This document shows positions 11,454-24,223 of a stretch of 64,000 nt of DNA, piece by piece. Within the stretch, counting starts at the first letter, position 1. Each line of letters starts with the position of its first letter. Location of the stretch: NCBI GenBank assembly GCA_951406725.2, contig OX597822.1, positions 30,938,001-31,002,000 of the forward strand. The letters are read 5' to 3'. The translations under genes and the position numbers were made by a program. This DNA comes from Octopus vulgaris (Eukaryota). The notes beneath the pieces are model-generated. The model was not told where the DNA came from. It did not search any database and was given only the letters and a program-made list of their open reading frames with translations.

Positions 11454-12658
11454 AAAGTTAGCTCTTTAAGATGCGTACTAAATACCTAAAATGTTGTTCA
11501 TACGTGTTTTCTCTTCACGCTCAGGTGCCCTAAAACGATGATAATTTTACATCGTAATGTTGATTTGACGTTCCCTATGTATTTTAGTTCCCTATGTATT
11601 TTAGTTCCCTATGTATTTCCGTATGTATTTTAGTTTTGTGTCACCAGTAGCTTTCCCATATTTCTTAAGCCACTACCAACAGGGGGGCAACCCATCATAT
11701 CATATCAAAACTTACTAGTACACACTACTACAGTCAACGGCAGCTAATGCAATCTCCAATATCAAACTGTCAACACGTCACGAAATTAAATTTCACGTTC
11801 ATATTGTTTGTTTTCTTCCATAATGATATTCTGCACTATATAGACTTGTAAACTAGCAATATACTTCGTTGCAATACAAAATAGTGCAGCCTTTCCAGCA
11901 ATATATATATATATATATATATATCCGTAATCACCGTGACCGACCAGACTATCAGATGTTGCAACACATCGCTCGTCACAATGCGCTTCGCATTATTTTA
12001 GCCTTCAAATGACGCCACCTCACTGGCTAAGCGAGCAGGCCAACTCTTTCTTCAGAAGAAAGAGTGAAAGTTGTGGCGAAAGAGTACAGCAGGGATCACC
12101 ACTACCCCCTGCCAAAGCGTCGTAGAGCTTTTGGTGTTTTCGCTCAATAAACACTCACAACGCCCGGTTTGAGAATCGAAACCGTGATATATATATATAT
12201 ATGTGATTGATCTATATATTTTGAAACTGCACTATTTTGTATTGCAACGAAGCATATTGCTAGTTTACAAGTCTATATAGTGCAGAATATCATTATGGAA
12301 GAAAACAAACAATATGAACGTGAAATTTAATTTCGTGACGTGTTGACAGTTTGATATTGAGATTGCATTAGCTGCCGTTGACTGTAGTAGTGTGTACTAG
12401 TAAGTTTTGATATGATATGATGGTTGCCCCCCTGTTGGTAGTGGCTTAAGAAATATGGGAAAGTACTGGTGACACAAAACTAAAATACATACGGAAATAC
12501 ATAGGGAACTAAAATACATAGGGAACTAAAATACATAGGAACGTCAAATCAACATTACGATGTAAAATTATCATCGTTTTAGGGCACCTGAGCGTGAAGA
12601 GAAAACACGTATGAACAACATTTTAGGTATTTAGTACGCATCTTAAAGAGCTAACTTT
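11454..12658. repeat. Near-perfect inverted duplication (arms 11454-11889 and 12227-12658)
   Basis: About 435-bp arms. By eye there is 1 substitution and 4 single-base deletions, all in the right arm. Confidence 0.92.
11925..12186 (-). mobile_element. SINE family B (5'-truncated); partial direct copy at 12660-12781
   Basis: gaaagttgtggcgaaagagtacagcagggatc..ttttcgctcaataaacactcacaacgcccgg..gaatcgaaacc matches the copies at 26925-27080 and 62059-62291. Confidence 0.85.
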
Positions 12659-12778
12659 GGAAAGTTGTGGCGAAAGAGTACAGCAGGGATCACCACCACC
12701 CCCTGCCGGAGCGTCGTGGAGCTTTTGGTGTTTTCGCTCAATAAACGCTCACAATGCCCGGTCTGAGAATCGAAACCG

Positions 12779-12815
<37 letters not shown>

Positions 12816-13127
12816 ATTGATCTATATATTTTGTATCCTTCCATTTGTCTTGCTCGCTTACTTTCTGGCGTTTGCTAAATTTTATTGAGAACACACGTTT
12901 CTTAGGGGTAAGACCATAGGTGTTCGACACCTACCATAATGGATGTCCACTATGTGGTCATCCCTCTTATATGTATGTAATAACATTTTTCGGAATCTTC
13001 GAATCTTTAGAAGTTTCTATATGCTAGATCACTGATATTAATTGATATTAATCAAATTAATATTCAATTTTTCACTCTTAATATTTTTAATTTATATACA
13101 TATATATGTGTGTGTCGAGCTGGTATT

Positions 13128-13585
13128 AGGCGGCGAGCTGGTAGAAAAGTTAGCACGCCGGGCGAAATTCGTAGCCGTATTTCGTCTGTCGTTACGTTCC
13201 GAGTTCAAATTCCGCCGAGGTCGACTTTGCCTTTCATCCTTTCGGGGTCGATAAATTAAGTACCAGTTACGCACTGGGGTCGATGTAGTCGACTTAATCC
13301 CTTTGTCTGTCCTTGTTTGTCCCCTCTGTGTTTAGCCCCTTGTGGGTAGTAAAGAAATATATATATGTGTGTGTCTGTTTGTGTGTGCGTGTCTGTCCTC
13401 CCCAACATCGCTTGACAACTGATGGTGTCCTGTTTAAGTCTCTGTAATATAGGTTCATCAAAAGAGACCGATAGAATAAGTAATAGGCTTAGAAACAATA
13501 AGTCCTGGGGACTATTTGCTCGACTAAAGGCAGTGATCCAGCATGGCCGCATTTAAATGACTGAAACAAGTAAAAGAATAAAAGA
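13128..13585 (+). mobile_element. SINE family C (13128-13359) followed by the 3' half of SINE family A (13395-13585)
   Basis: aggcggcgagctgg..gagttcaaattccgccgaggtcgactttgcc..gtgggtagtaaagaaata, then cccaacatcgcttgacaac..ccagcatggccgc..gtaaaagaa. Confidence 0.88.
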
Positions 13586-14416
13586 ATACCATATATTTAT
13601 ACGTGTGCGTGCGTGTGTGTATGTGTGTGCGTGAGTGCATATGTGTGTATATGTGTGTGTGTGTGTACACCTACGCCCATTATAGCAAACAAACAAATTC
13701 ATTTTCACAGATATGCACACACAAGCGTATATTCATACGTGAGAACATGAGAAAGAGGTAGAGAGAAAGAGCAAGGAAGAGAGAGAAGAAGAAAGAGCGA
13801 AACAGGGAGAGAGAGAGAAGAGGAGAGAGGGATAGGAAGAGGGAGAGTAAAGGGGTAGAGAGAGTGAGAGAAGTCCGTGTTTCTTCAAAGACACACATAC
13901 GTGTGTGTAATGACATATTCATACGAGGCAGGCAGAACGATATTATATTCGTAAACACAAATCTTTCAAGTATCGACCTAAATCTCTATCGAAAACAGTC
14001 AATGTTTCAACGAGTTTTTACTTCTGTTATGTTTTTCTACTTCAGGTAAGGAGATCTGTTTATTTCATCAAGGAGTATCTGATGGCTGTGATGTTAATTT
14101 ATGAAATCGTGCGAGAAATTTTTGTAACTATGAGTGACATAGTATAATTCTTTATTATATCTGACAGCGTATTTCAGACTACTTTTCAAGCTGATGGACA
14201 TTTGATCTTTTACAGACTAATGATCCGTCAAACCTAATTATCAGGTGCAAACTGCGCTCCAAGATTTGGTTGTTTTCAACACCGCTCAATTCCTGAAGTG
14301 TATATATATGTATGTAAGTATGTATGTATATATGTCTGTATGTATGGATGTACGTATGTATGCATGTATGTAGTTATGTATGTATATAGGTATGAATGCC
14401 TGGCGATATGAATATT

Positions 14417-14465
<49 letters not shown>

Positions 14466-15009
14466 AAAACTTTCTCTCTTCACTCTTAATTGATAACCCC
14501 TCCACCCCCACACTACCCACATATCACACCTGCAACCCCGCACCACATCACACACGCCACCACGCCACACCACAGCATACCCCACTCACTAGCACTGACA
14601 ACTTCCCATACCACACACCATCATCTGCACACCCACACACCTACACTTGCACACACATCCACACACGTCAATGTCACTAGCTCCTATTCCCACACTCACA
14701 CTCACACGCTTACGCATTCTCACATACTCACTCACGCATGCGCACCTTCGTTTTAGGAGCACCAATACTTTATTATCTCCCCTCTCATGTCAAACTTTTT
14801 ACCAGCCAGTCGCCATGTTTGGCCGCTAAATCTACAAGTATTTCTACTCTCTCTCTGTGTTTACTTTCTCTTTCTCCTTTCTGTTGAAGAGCGTCAGTTC
14901 GAAACTTAAAAGACTCCCTCAGACTTTCCCGAGCGTCAGACTAAAACCCCTGCTTGTTTTTCATACACCTGTCTTCGACCTTCATTCTTCTGTAAGTTCC
15001 ATATTATAT

Positions 15010-15014
<5 letters not shown>

Positions 15015-15066
<52 letters not shown>

Positions 15067-15070
15067 GAGG

Positions 15071-15116
<46 letters not shown>
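15015..15116. repeat. (AG)n microsatellite
   Basis: Long, slightly interrupted AG run. Confidence 0.95.
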
Positions 15117-15119
<3 letters not shown>

Positions 15120-15897
15120 AAATAATTTTATTATGAAACACAGGATAATGCTAATAATATAGCATGAACAGGATAACCTATCCGTATTTTGCAGAAAAAT
15201 CTGTCGGCGGCCAGCCATGTGACTCCAACTCACATCCCTGTGATTACGCTTCTAGTGCTTTACTATTAAGCAATAAATGAATGAGAAGGAAATATGATAT
15301 AATGAGATGAGGGGAGCAGCAGAGAATGGAGGAGTGACAGCAACGAACGTTTGAGAGTGTGGCAATAGTTCAGTATGTAATAAAAATATGATGCTGCGTC
15401 TGTAGCGTGCATATGTGTTTGCATATGTTATTTTGTTTTAATGGCAGTGAATTTGTTTGGTTTGGTTTTTGTGTACCTGTCTGTTTGTACATTTAAGTGT
15501 GTGTAAGTTTATGGGTTTATAGACGATATCGAATATAAGAAGTGTAAATGTATGTGAGAGATCGACAGAAAAAGCGAAACGTGAGAAAAGGAATATGAAA
15601 ATTGTGAATGTGCTGATTGGTACTTGAAGCAAACTGTTAAACTTTTATACCTTTGTCTGTCTGTCTATCTGTCAACATATTGTTTCTGCCTGTCTAAATG
15701 TCATAGCTTCTCTCTCTCTCTCTCCCACTCTCTCTTTCTCTCTCTCTCTCTCTACACACACACATATTTATATATAATGGTAAATTGTCAACATTTTATA
15801 TTTTTAATTTCGCGCATGCACATTCTTTGCTTTTCATTTTGTCGACTACACAGTATAGTAGGGTCAGTTGGGCACCATCTGTGAGAAAACGAGTACC

Positions 15898-16716
15898 ATG
15901 ACGCAATTCACTCTGCCAGAAATTTGGAAAGGACATGCTGGGCTGCTTTGCTTTCCCGACGGAAGCTCTAATACGAACATTTCAGAGTGTTTGGGTGTTA
16001 ATCTGAGGACAGTGCAGAGGGTTCGGAAAGAGTTAGACGAGTCTAACTATGATTACGAAAGTACAGCAGCTCTGAAAACCCACTCTGATCGTTCTGAAAA
16101 GAAAAGAACTCTTGAATTTGTTGGTGAGATCCTTCCAAGTAATCAGGTCAATCGCCAGGGAGATGGGAGTGTATAAATTACCTATCAGGCAGGTAATGCA
16201 TGAAGACATTCGGTATTTCTCATATAAAATGAGAAAGGGCTAACTTTTATCCCAAGCCATCAAGGACAAAAGGAACGACAACGCTACGAAGCTTTTGAAC
16301 AAATTAAAACACCCCTTCCAATCGAACATGCTTTGGTTTTTCTCAGACGAGTAAAATTTCTGCCAGTATCATATAATGAACACACAGAACAACCATTGGT
16401 TTGCGTGTCCCTAATACATCTACAGAAAGTGATAAAAATGAAGCAAACAGTCAACATCGTGGTGTTTGGAGTGATCACTAGTGATAGCCACGTTATGCTT
16501 CCATTCATCTTTCCACTCGGCATAACACTCAACACATCAAGTACCTGGAGGAAGTAATACAATCTTGGGCCAAGAGAGTGGCTACTGGAATGTCCTATGT
16601 CTAGCAAGAAGACTCTGCACCATGCCACACAAGCAGGAGAACACAGCCATGGCTGCCAGAAATTTTTTTCGATATCACGCCTAGCATCTGACCACCTAAC
16701 TGCTCAGATTGCAAAC
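15898..16716 (+). mobile_element. Tc1/mariner (DD37D/maT-like) transposase pseudogene
   Basis: MTQFTLPEIWK..NTNISECLGVNLRTVQRVRKEL (HTH), WFFSDE, VFGVITSD..PFIFP, QEDSAPCHTSRRTQPW, and a PPNCSDC remnant of WPPNSPDCNP. It has frameshifts and an internal deletion, and is truncated by a SINE A head at about 16717. Confidence 0.88.
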
Positions 16717-16863
16717 CGCAGGAGTGACTGTGTGGTAAGAACTTTGCTTCCGAACCACATGGTTCCGGCTTTAGTCCCACTGCGTGGAACGTTGGGCAAA
16801 TGTCTTCTTCTATAGCCTCGTGACAGGATTTGTTTGGCAGAAACTGAAAGAATCCCGACTTGT

Positions 16864-16898
<35 letters not shown>

Positions 16899-16944
16899 GA
16901 ATATATTTGTGTGTCTTATTTTGTCCCCACCACTATCACTTGAT

Positions 16945-17285
16945 AATTGCAGCGTGGAAGGTGGTTATAGGCCATTAAAAAATTTAAAAACACAAAAAAA
17001 CGAGCAGATTCACTTCAACATTTAAATTTAATTTGCCAAAATATTTTCGTCGCTTTGAAACCGCGGCCTGTTCACTGACGAAATACCGTGCTCTATCATG
17101 GAATTTTGCGAGTGAACAGGTCGCGCTTTCAGAGCGAAGAAAATGTTTTGGCAAATTAAATTTAAATGTTGAAATGAATCTAACAGTATTTCTGTGTTTT
17201 TAAGTGGCTTATAAGCACCTTCCACGCTGTAATTGTTTTTGTTTCAGCACATGATCTCAGATCAGGTCACTTGCTATGCAAATAC
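16945..17285. mobile_element. Imperfect foldback/MITE-like element (arms about 16945-17085 and 17100-17234)
   Basis: attgcagcgtggaaggtg..cctgttcactgacgaaa is complementary to ..gagtgaacagg..caccttccacgctgtaatt. The right half recurs at 9991-10188. Confidence 0.7.
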
Positions 17286-17714
17286 TCATTGGAGTCGTTT
17301 GCACATGAAGAATAATTATGAATCGCTTTTGTCTTTTTGATTGGTTGAAATTGACGTAGTGTAGTCGCTCCCTCTTTGAGGATAAAACATAACCCCAACC
17401 TTTCAAATGTATGGTACATTGCAATAAAACATTGGAAAATATACTAGTAAATAAACAAATGTTAGATTATTGACAAGCTTTAGTTCTTTTCATATCCGAC
17501 GTATTCGAATTATGTGGTTAACCAACAATAACAACGTAAACAAAAACAAGAATGACACCACAAAAGAGAGGCGTCACTAACCCCAATCCAATGACCATTG
17601 AATTTCCAATGAAGGATGTACTAAGAGGTTGCAAATGATAACAGAATTTACAATTTACTGACGCACAAGCATGGAAAGTTTGAGTCAGAAATGAAATTGT
17701 ACTAATATCTTATG

Positions 17715-18133
17715 GGCGTAGGAGTGGTTATGTGGTAAGTAGCCTGCTTACGAACCACATGGTTCCGGGTTCAGTCCCACTGGCGGCACTTTGGGCAAGT
17801 GTCTTCTACTATAGCCTCGGGCCGGCCAAAGCCTTCTGCGTGGATTTGGTAGACGGAAACTGAAAGAAGCCCGTCGTATATATATATATATATGTGTGTG
17901 TATGTGTGTGTGTGTATACGTTAGTTGTGTCTGTGTTTGTTCCCCCAACATCGCTTGACAACCGATGATGGTATGCTCACGTCCCCGTAACTTAGCGGTA
18001 CGGCAAAAGAGACCGATTGAATAAGTAATATATTTACAAAGAATAAGTTCTGGGGGTCGATTTGCTCGACTAAACGCCGTGCTCCATCATGGCCACATTC
18101 AAATAACTGAAACACGTAACTGAGTAAAAGAGT
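17715..18133 (+). mobile_element. SINE family A, full length
   Basis: Head, internal (TA)/(TG) tract and gtaaaagag tail are all present. Confidence 0.9.
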
Positions 18134-18252
18134 ATCTTCTAATCTTTAATTAAACGTCATCTCTTCAACATGACCCATGAGTGAAAAACAACAGCAATAT
18201 CATCAACAACACTTGCCTAAACGTATTTAAAAGCATTCCAGTAATCGTTAAT

Positions 18253-18800
18253 ACGCTGGACGAAATGCTTAGCGGTATTTCGCTAGTCGCTACGTTCTGA
18301 GTTCAAGTTCCGCCGAGATCGACTTTGCCTTTTATCCTTTCGGGGTCGATTAAATAAGTACCATTTACGCACTGGAGTCGATATAATCGACTTAATCTGT
18401 TTGTCTGTCTTTGTTTGTCCTCTCTTTGTTTAGCCCCTTGTGGGTAGTAAAGAAATAGGCATTTCGCCTGCCGCTACGTTCTGAGTTCAAGTTCCGCCGA
18501 GATCGTCTTTGCCTTTCATCCTTTCGGGGTCGATTAAATAAGTACCAGTTACGCACTGGAGTTGATATAATGGACTTAATCCGTTTGTTTGTCCTTGTTT
18601 GTCCTCTCTGTGTTTAGCCTCTTGTGGATAGTAATGAAATAGGTATTTCATATGCCGCTACGTCGGGAATTCAAATTCCGCCAAGGTCGACTTTGCCTTT
18701 CATCCCTTTGGGGTCGGTAAAATAAGTACAAGTTACGCACTGAGGCTGGTGTAATCGACTAGCCCCCTTCCCCGCAAAATTTTCAGTGTTTTGTGCCTAG
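18253..18800 (+). repeat. Three tandem SINE family C units (period 184 bp)
   Basis: Units restart at atttc..gctacgt at 18277, 18461 and 18645. Confidence 0.88.
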
Positions 18801-19090
18801 ATTAAAAATAATCTGTTCGCTTTTCTTTCATTACTGTTGTGTTTGTCCTTGAGAACAATAAAACCTCATATAACATACGAGTTGGTACTGAAAATCTCCT
18901 ATCTTTAAGGGTGTCATGGAAAGCCTTGTTGGAGGCCTCAGTGCTTTGTGCCTAGATTAAAAATAATCTGTTCGCTTTTCTTTCATTACTGTTGTGTTTG
19001 CCCTTGAGAACAATAAAACCTCATATAACATACGAGGTGGTACTGAAAATCTATCTTTAAGGATGTCATGGAAAGCCTTGTTGGAGGCCT
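18784..19090. repeat. About 155-bp tandem duplication
   Basis: 18784-18938 versus 18939-19090: a few substitutions and a 3-nt indel. Confidence 0.92.
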
Positions 19091-19679
19091 AAACTTCCGA
19101 GTTCTTTTACAGAGCTTAGCAAAACGGAAGGACCGTTTCAATTAGTGGGTGAAACTGAGAGGGGAACATGTTGAATAAAATCATAATCAACTGATCTTGT
19201 ATTTTCCTTTACCCAAAGCGAGAAATCTTCAGTACATCCTCGTAGAATGCTCATATTCAGCTGTAGCTTTCAAAATATCTTTTATTTTAGGAGTGGAAAA
19301 CTTTCTACCCTGTCATTCAAAGAAGATGTCTTGTAGAATGTACAATCCCCAAATACAATGAAAGCAAACGTGACTGTAGGGTCAAAGTTACACATAACAC
19401 AAGCCTATCTAATATTAACAATTGATGTTACAATATTATCATTTTCATTCCGCCGGGGTCGACCTTGTCTTTCATCCCTTCGGGATCGATAAATTAAGTA
19501 ACAGTTGCATACTGAAGTTGATCGAATCGACTGGCTCCCTCCCCCAAAGTTTCGGGCCTTGAGCCTAGAGTAGAAAATGATATTATCATTTACATATCGT
19601 CATTTTAAGAGAAGAGAAAAAAGGAAAAAAAAACAAAAACAGTTACTAGAATCGCATAAACTCCAACGTTAGAGAGGTA

Positions 19680-20600
19680 TGTTTATCACTGTCAATACCT
19701 CCCATGTGTTGGGCGTCGAGGTGCTGATTAAATTCCAGTCTCTTCCCACTCACCTAGTCCGTATTGTTAGTCCTCATGGCTTCTTCTAAGTTCTTAACTA
19801 GACACTTTTCTTTCTTACGTTCCTTATCCACTAAACCTAAGCTATATCTAATAGATACATATTTTATGGCTCGTTTTAGAGCATACCACCATTTATTATT
19901 AATGATGGCACCTGCTAATTCCTCTTGAATTATCATCTTAATCTGCTTTCTGTACTCCTCAAGGGACGTTTTGAGTTTCCAGTAGCCAGATCCCTTTCTA
20001 TGTACCTTATCTAAGTTCAGCGTACAGGTAACCATCTTGTGATCACTGTAGCTGATTGGATAAAACTGTGGACACTTAATTATGCTTTTATCTACTTTTC
20101 TAATTAGGATATTATCTATATACGATCTGGACGATCCGTCGCTGATTGACCATGACTACAATAGAACGTCCGGGTGTTCCAGCCTATATGGATCTGCTAG
20201 CTAAAATGACTAAGCAGATCCTGGAAGCTAGTGTTACTTGTTCTATATGGCGTCGAGCCAACTTAATCCACGCGTGCATCGCAGATTGTGTTAAAGTCTG
20301 CTAGCAAAACTAAAGAATGCAACGTGATTAGAAACTTCTCTAGGTCACAAAAATATTCCTTTTTTTTATCAGAAATATTGGGTGCATACCAGAATACCAG
20401 CAACCAGCCTGATCGTCTTGCCACAACTGGAAGTCAAGTCCTAAATGGCCAGCCTACCTTCTGGATCAGAAAAAAATCAACCTTTTCTCCGGAACACGGA
20501 GAAACGTATTTCTCGTAGCCGAGGGAGCAGATCTCTTGGTCCTTTCACCTGGGCTTCAGTAACAACAATTACATCCAAATCCTGCGACTAGATGTTATTT
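19680..20600 (-). mobile_element. Tx1/L1-clade non-LTR retrotransposon APE endonuclease fragment (degenerate)
   Basis: Minus-strand pieces: LVLLADFNTICDARVD, SRSYIDNILI, YSDHKMVTCTL, GSGYWKLKTSL. These are APE domain motifs plus the GxWKLN linker. Confidence 0.82.
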
Positions 20601-20664
20601 AGGAAGCACCCTTGCTTCCAGTCCGACATCAGGCGACGTACATTTCCTCTTTACTAGAAACTCA

Positions 20665-20788
20665 CAAGGCATTGGTCGGCCCGGGGCTATAGCAGAAGAC
20701 ACTTGCCCAATATACCACGCAGTGGGACTGAACCTGGAACCATGTGGTTGGTTAGCAAGCTACTTACCACACAGCCACTCCTGCGCCT
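20665..20788 (-). mobile_element. SINE family A 5' half
   Basis: ctcacaaggcattggtcggcccggggctatag..cacagccactcctgcgcc. Confidence 0.88.
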
Positions 20789-20894
20789 ATGTTATGTTTA
20801 TTTCAGAAACCGATTGAATTTTTTATCCAATGAATCTTGGCATGTGCTGAGAAGGGAATGTGGTTGCAACAGACACATGACTATGTAGAAATGA

Positions 20895-20936
<42 letters not shown>

Positions 20937-21854
20937 ATTTGCGTGTCTTATGTCTCAAAACATAGGCTAATGGTTTCAACAAAGTAAACGATCCACGCAA
21001 AGCACTTACTATAGAGAAAAATGGTAAAAAATGTACAGATTAGAAAAGTAAAAGGAGCTACATGCATGCATACGTATGCATACATATATACATAAGTGCA
21101 TGCATACATACATAAGTGTATATATACATACATACATACATTATTGTGAATTCATCCCATACAAATATATTCCTTTATGTTGATTGCTAAATTTGTTAAG
21201 TTTGTTTTCTATTTATACATCTCCATATAATTGAAATACTGAAATCTTTGTGTGTGGCCTTTCACGAAAAGCAAACCAACTGATTATCATGCATATCACT
21301 AGCAGATCTTGCCCTTGATAGTTTTAATGTCATATATCCCTCTCTCTCCCTGGCTCCCTTTAAAGAGCATACGCAATCACCTCTTATCCCACCTTCTATC
21401 ATAACAACGCAATGCTTTTATTTTTGCAAGGTTCACGTTAAGATATCACTGTTCAATTTTCTGTGTTCAACAGGGTAAACATGAAGTTGGTTCGATTTCA
21501 CGTTAGGTGGGGGAAAAGCTGAGTAGAAGCAAAAGAAGGAAAGACATAAAGAAAGACCTGGAAAGAGAGAAATATATAACTAATAAAATAGAAAGAGTAA
21601 ATATATATATGTATGTATATACATCAACATCGCTAGGTTTAATAACACCAACACATGCACCACCGGCAAAACACGCAACCTCACTCTCCAGTGGCACCAC
21701 CACGAACAGCCCCAGCTCCAGCATCGCCTGAAAAAAACACCATCGGCAGCACCAGCATTAGCAACAACAGCGGCGCGGATGGCAGCCACAACATCGACAA
21801 CTACAACCGTAACAGCAGGAACAATAGCAACAGCAGCAGCAACAGCAATAGTAG

Positions 21855-22200
21855 GCGAGACACCGACTCCACAAACCTACGGAAATACATTGGATGCCCG
21901 TGAACTTCCTTTATGAAACTTCTTTCCAACCATAGATCCCCCTTCAGGGTCCCGTAAGGGAGATATCTAACATCGCTGGCCTGCCATATCTGGCAACTGA
22001 AGGAAGATGGAATTCCATACTCGATATCATGGAAATTTCCTCAACCGTTCAACTCCGTACATAAATGGAGCGAAACGCTTCAAGCTATGCGTAGCCGAAC
22101 ACATGGAAATCCTGAAGAACTCGCACGTACTAGGGACAATACTGAACTCCTGAACGGAGATTTTCGAGTCCTGCTTGTATTTCAAGTGATACCTCTTAGC
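21855..22200 (+). mobile_element. Penelope-like element GIY-YIG endonuclease C-terminal fragment
   Basis: Across frameshifts: LRKYIG, HIWQLKEDGIPYSISWK, STPYINGAKRFKLCVAEH, LN..TEIFESC. This fits the YIG..IWxLK..KxCxLC..LNxRxE..C pattern of PLE endonucleases; clade uncertain. Confidence 0.7.
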
Positions 22201-22580
22201 GCTTTGGGAACGGCATAATAACGATAATAGCTATCAATAGCTATAGACTCAGAGATACATACAATCATTCATATATACATGTATATATATAAACGAAGGG
22301 GCAGTACACAGTGTCCGTCAACCAAATTTCAGTACAGAGATATTGTAGAAGGAACTTGCCCAATGAGACAGGCAGGAACCAAAATCTCAAGTAAGGTGGG
22401 CTTCTTGATCACACAGCCAAAGCTACATTTTTGCGAGAACCTGATATTGCAGGGTGTACTTAAAACTAAAATCATTTTATTATTATAGTAGTTGAACATA
22501 TTGCAATAATGGAAATAAAATCTGAATTAGACACGCGAATGATTGAATTTAGTAGAAAAAGAATATGTGTGTGTGTGTAA

Positions 22581-22643
<63 letters not shown>

Positions 22644-23283
22644 CGTGTATATGTATAAAATAATATCTATAATTTCACCTAATATATTTCTTTCCATTTT
22701 ACTCTGGCATTATAATGAGTGAGATATAAAATGCTTCCTTTGATGTAACCGAACTTCACTTTATGTAATTAATTCTACTAGCCAATGAACACCTCACAAA
22801 AAAATGCACCTAATAATAAGACAAATAATACTAACATAAAATAATAAAATATGATAATGATGCTTTTATGTGTTTAGTGTTTTTATTATTTTTTTTTTGT
22901 TATCGAAATACAGGACGTGATTCATAACGTATGACAGAATGTTATAATGTATCTGGAAATTTTATTTTTTTGTAATTATGAAATAAAAAATCATGAGCGA
23001 TAAAACTTCAAAAGTGAGCTCCTAATCGTTAGCGGTAAACAGAGAATATAGAATGTTCAGTACGGTACTCATATTTCATAAAAGAAGTAAGATACGATTT
23101 TTAAAAACAAATAAATGCGCTCACCCGCTTACATACACATGTGTACATATACATACGTTTGTGTGGGCGTGTGTACGTGAAAATTCAGGCATATGTACAT
23201 ATGTGTATGTGTATATAGATACATACACACACATACGTACACATTCATGCACATGTACGCATACATATGCGCGGACATATTTG

Positions 23284-23343
<60 letters not shown>

Positions 23344-23380
23344 TGTGTACGTGTATGTTTATATGTATAATATATATATA

Positions 23381-23611
23381 TTTCTTTACTACCCACAAGG
23401 GGCTAAACATAGAGGGGATAAACAAGGACAGACAAAGGGATTAAGTCGATTACATCGACCCCAGTGGGTAACTGGTACTTAATTTATCGACCCCGAAAGG
23501 ATGAAAGGCAAAGTCGACCTCGGTGGAATTTGAACTCACAACGTAACGACAGACGAAATACCGCTAAGCATTTCGCCCGGCGCGCTAACGTTTCTGCCAG
23601 CTCACCGCCTT
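23381..23611 (-). mobile_element. SINE family C, full length
   Basis: Reverse complement of the 13128-13359 copy. Confidence 0.9.
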
Positions 23612-23728
23612 ATGTATAATATATATAGTTGTAATGCATGTGCCTGGTCTATCCTTATCAGACGAGTACTCATGATGGGTATATTAGGCGTCGTTTATTA
23701 TCATTTACGTACACAAAAAATAAATAGT

Positions 23729-24125
23729 GGAGTGGCTACGTAGTAAGTAGCTTGCTTAACAACCACATGATTCCGGGTTCAGTCCCACTGTGTGGCACCT
23801 TGGGCAAGTGTCTTCTGCTATAACCTCAGACCGATCAAACCCTTGTGAGTGAATTTGGTAGACGGAAACTGAAAGAAGCCCGTCGTATATATGAATATAT
23901 ATATATATATATATATATACGTGTGTGTGTGTGTGTTTGTCCCCCCAACATTGCTTGACAACCGATGCTGGTGTGTTTACGTCCCAGTAATCTAGCGGTT
24001 CGGCAAAAGAGACCGATAAAATAAGTACTAGGCTTACAAAGAATAAGTCCTGGGTCAATTTGCTCGACTATAGGCGGTGATCCAGCATGGCCGCAGCCAA
24101 ATGACTTGAAACAAGTAAAAAGAGA
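23729..24125 (+). mobile_element. SINE family A
   Basis: Head, internal microsatellite and tail are present. Confidence 0.9.
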
Positions 24126-24190
24126 GAAAAGAGAGAGAAAAAATATAGATGAAATATATATATATATATTGTACATATAAACTTCCACGT

Positions 24191-24223
<33 letters not shown>

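Noticed and set aside
14002-14993. Possible plus-strand first or UTR exons (ATG..CAG|gtaagg at 14045; 14890-14993 ending in gtaagt)
   Set aside because: Ambiguous donor/acceptor reading and no recognisable peptide; cannot be supported without RNA data.
18253-18800. Regular repeats suggestive of a CRISPR array (also the 19-bp repeats at 10643-10699)
   Set aside because: No unique spacers, eukaryotic context, and the units are SINE-derived or simple tandem duplications.
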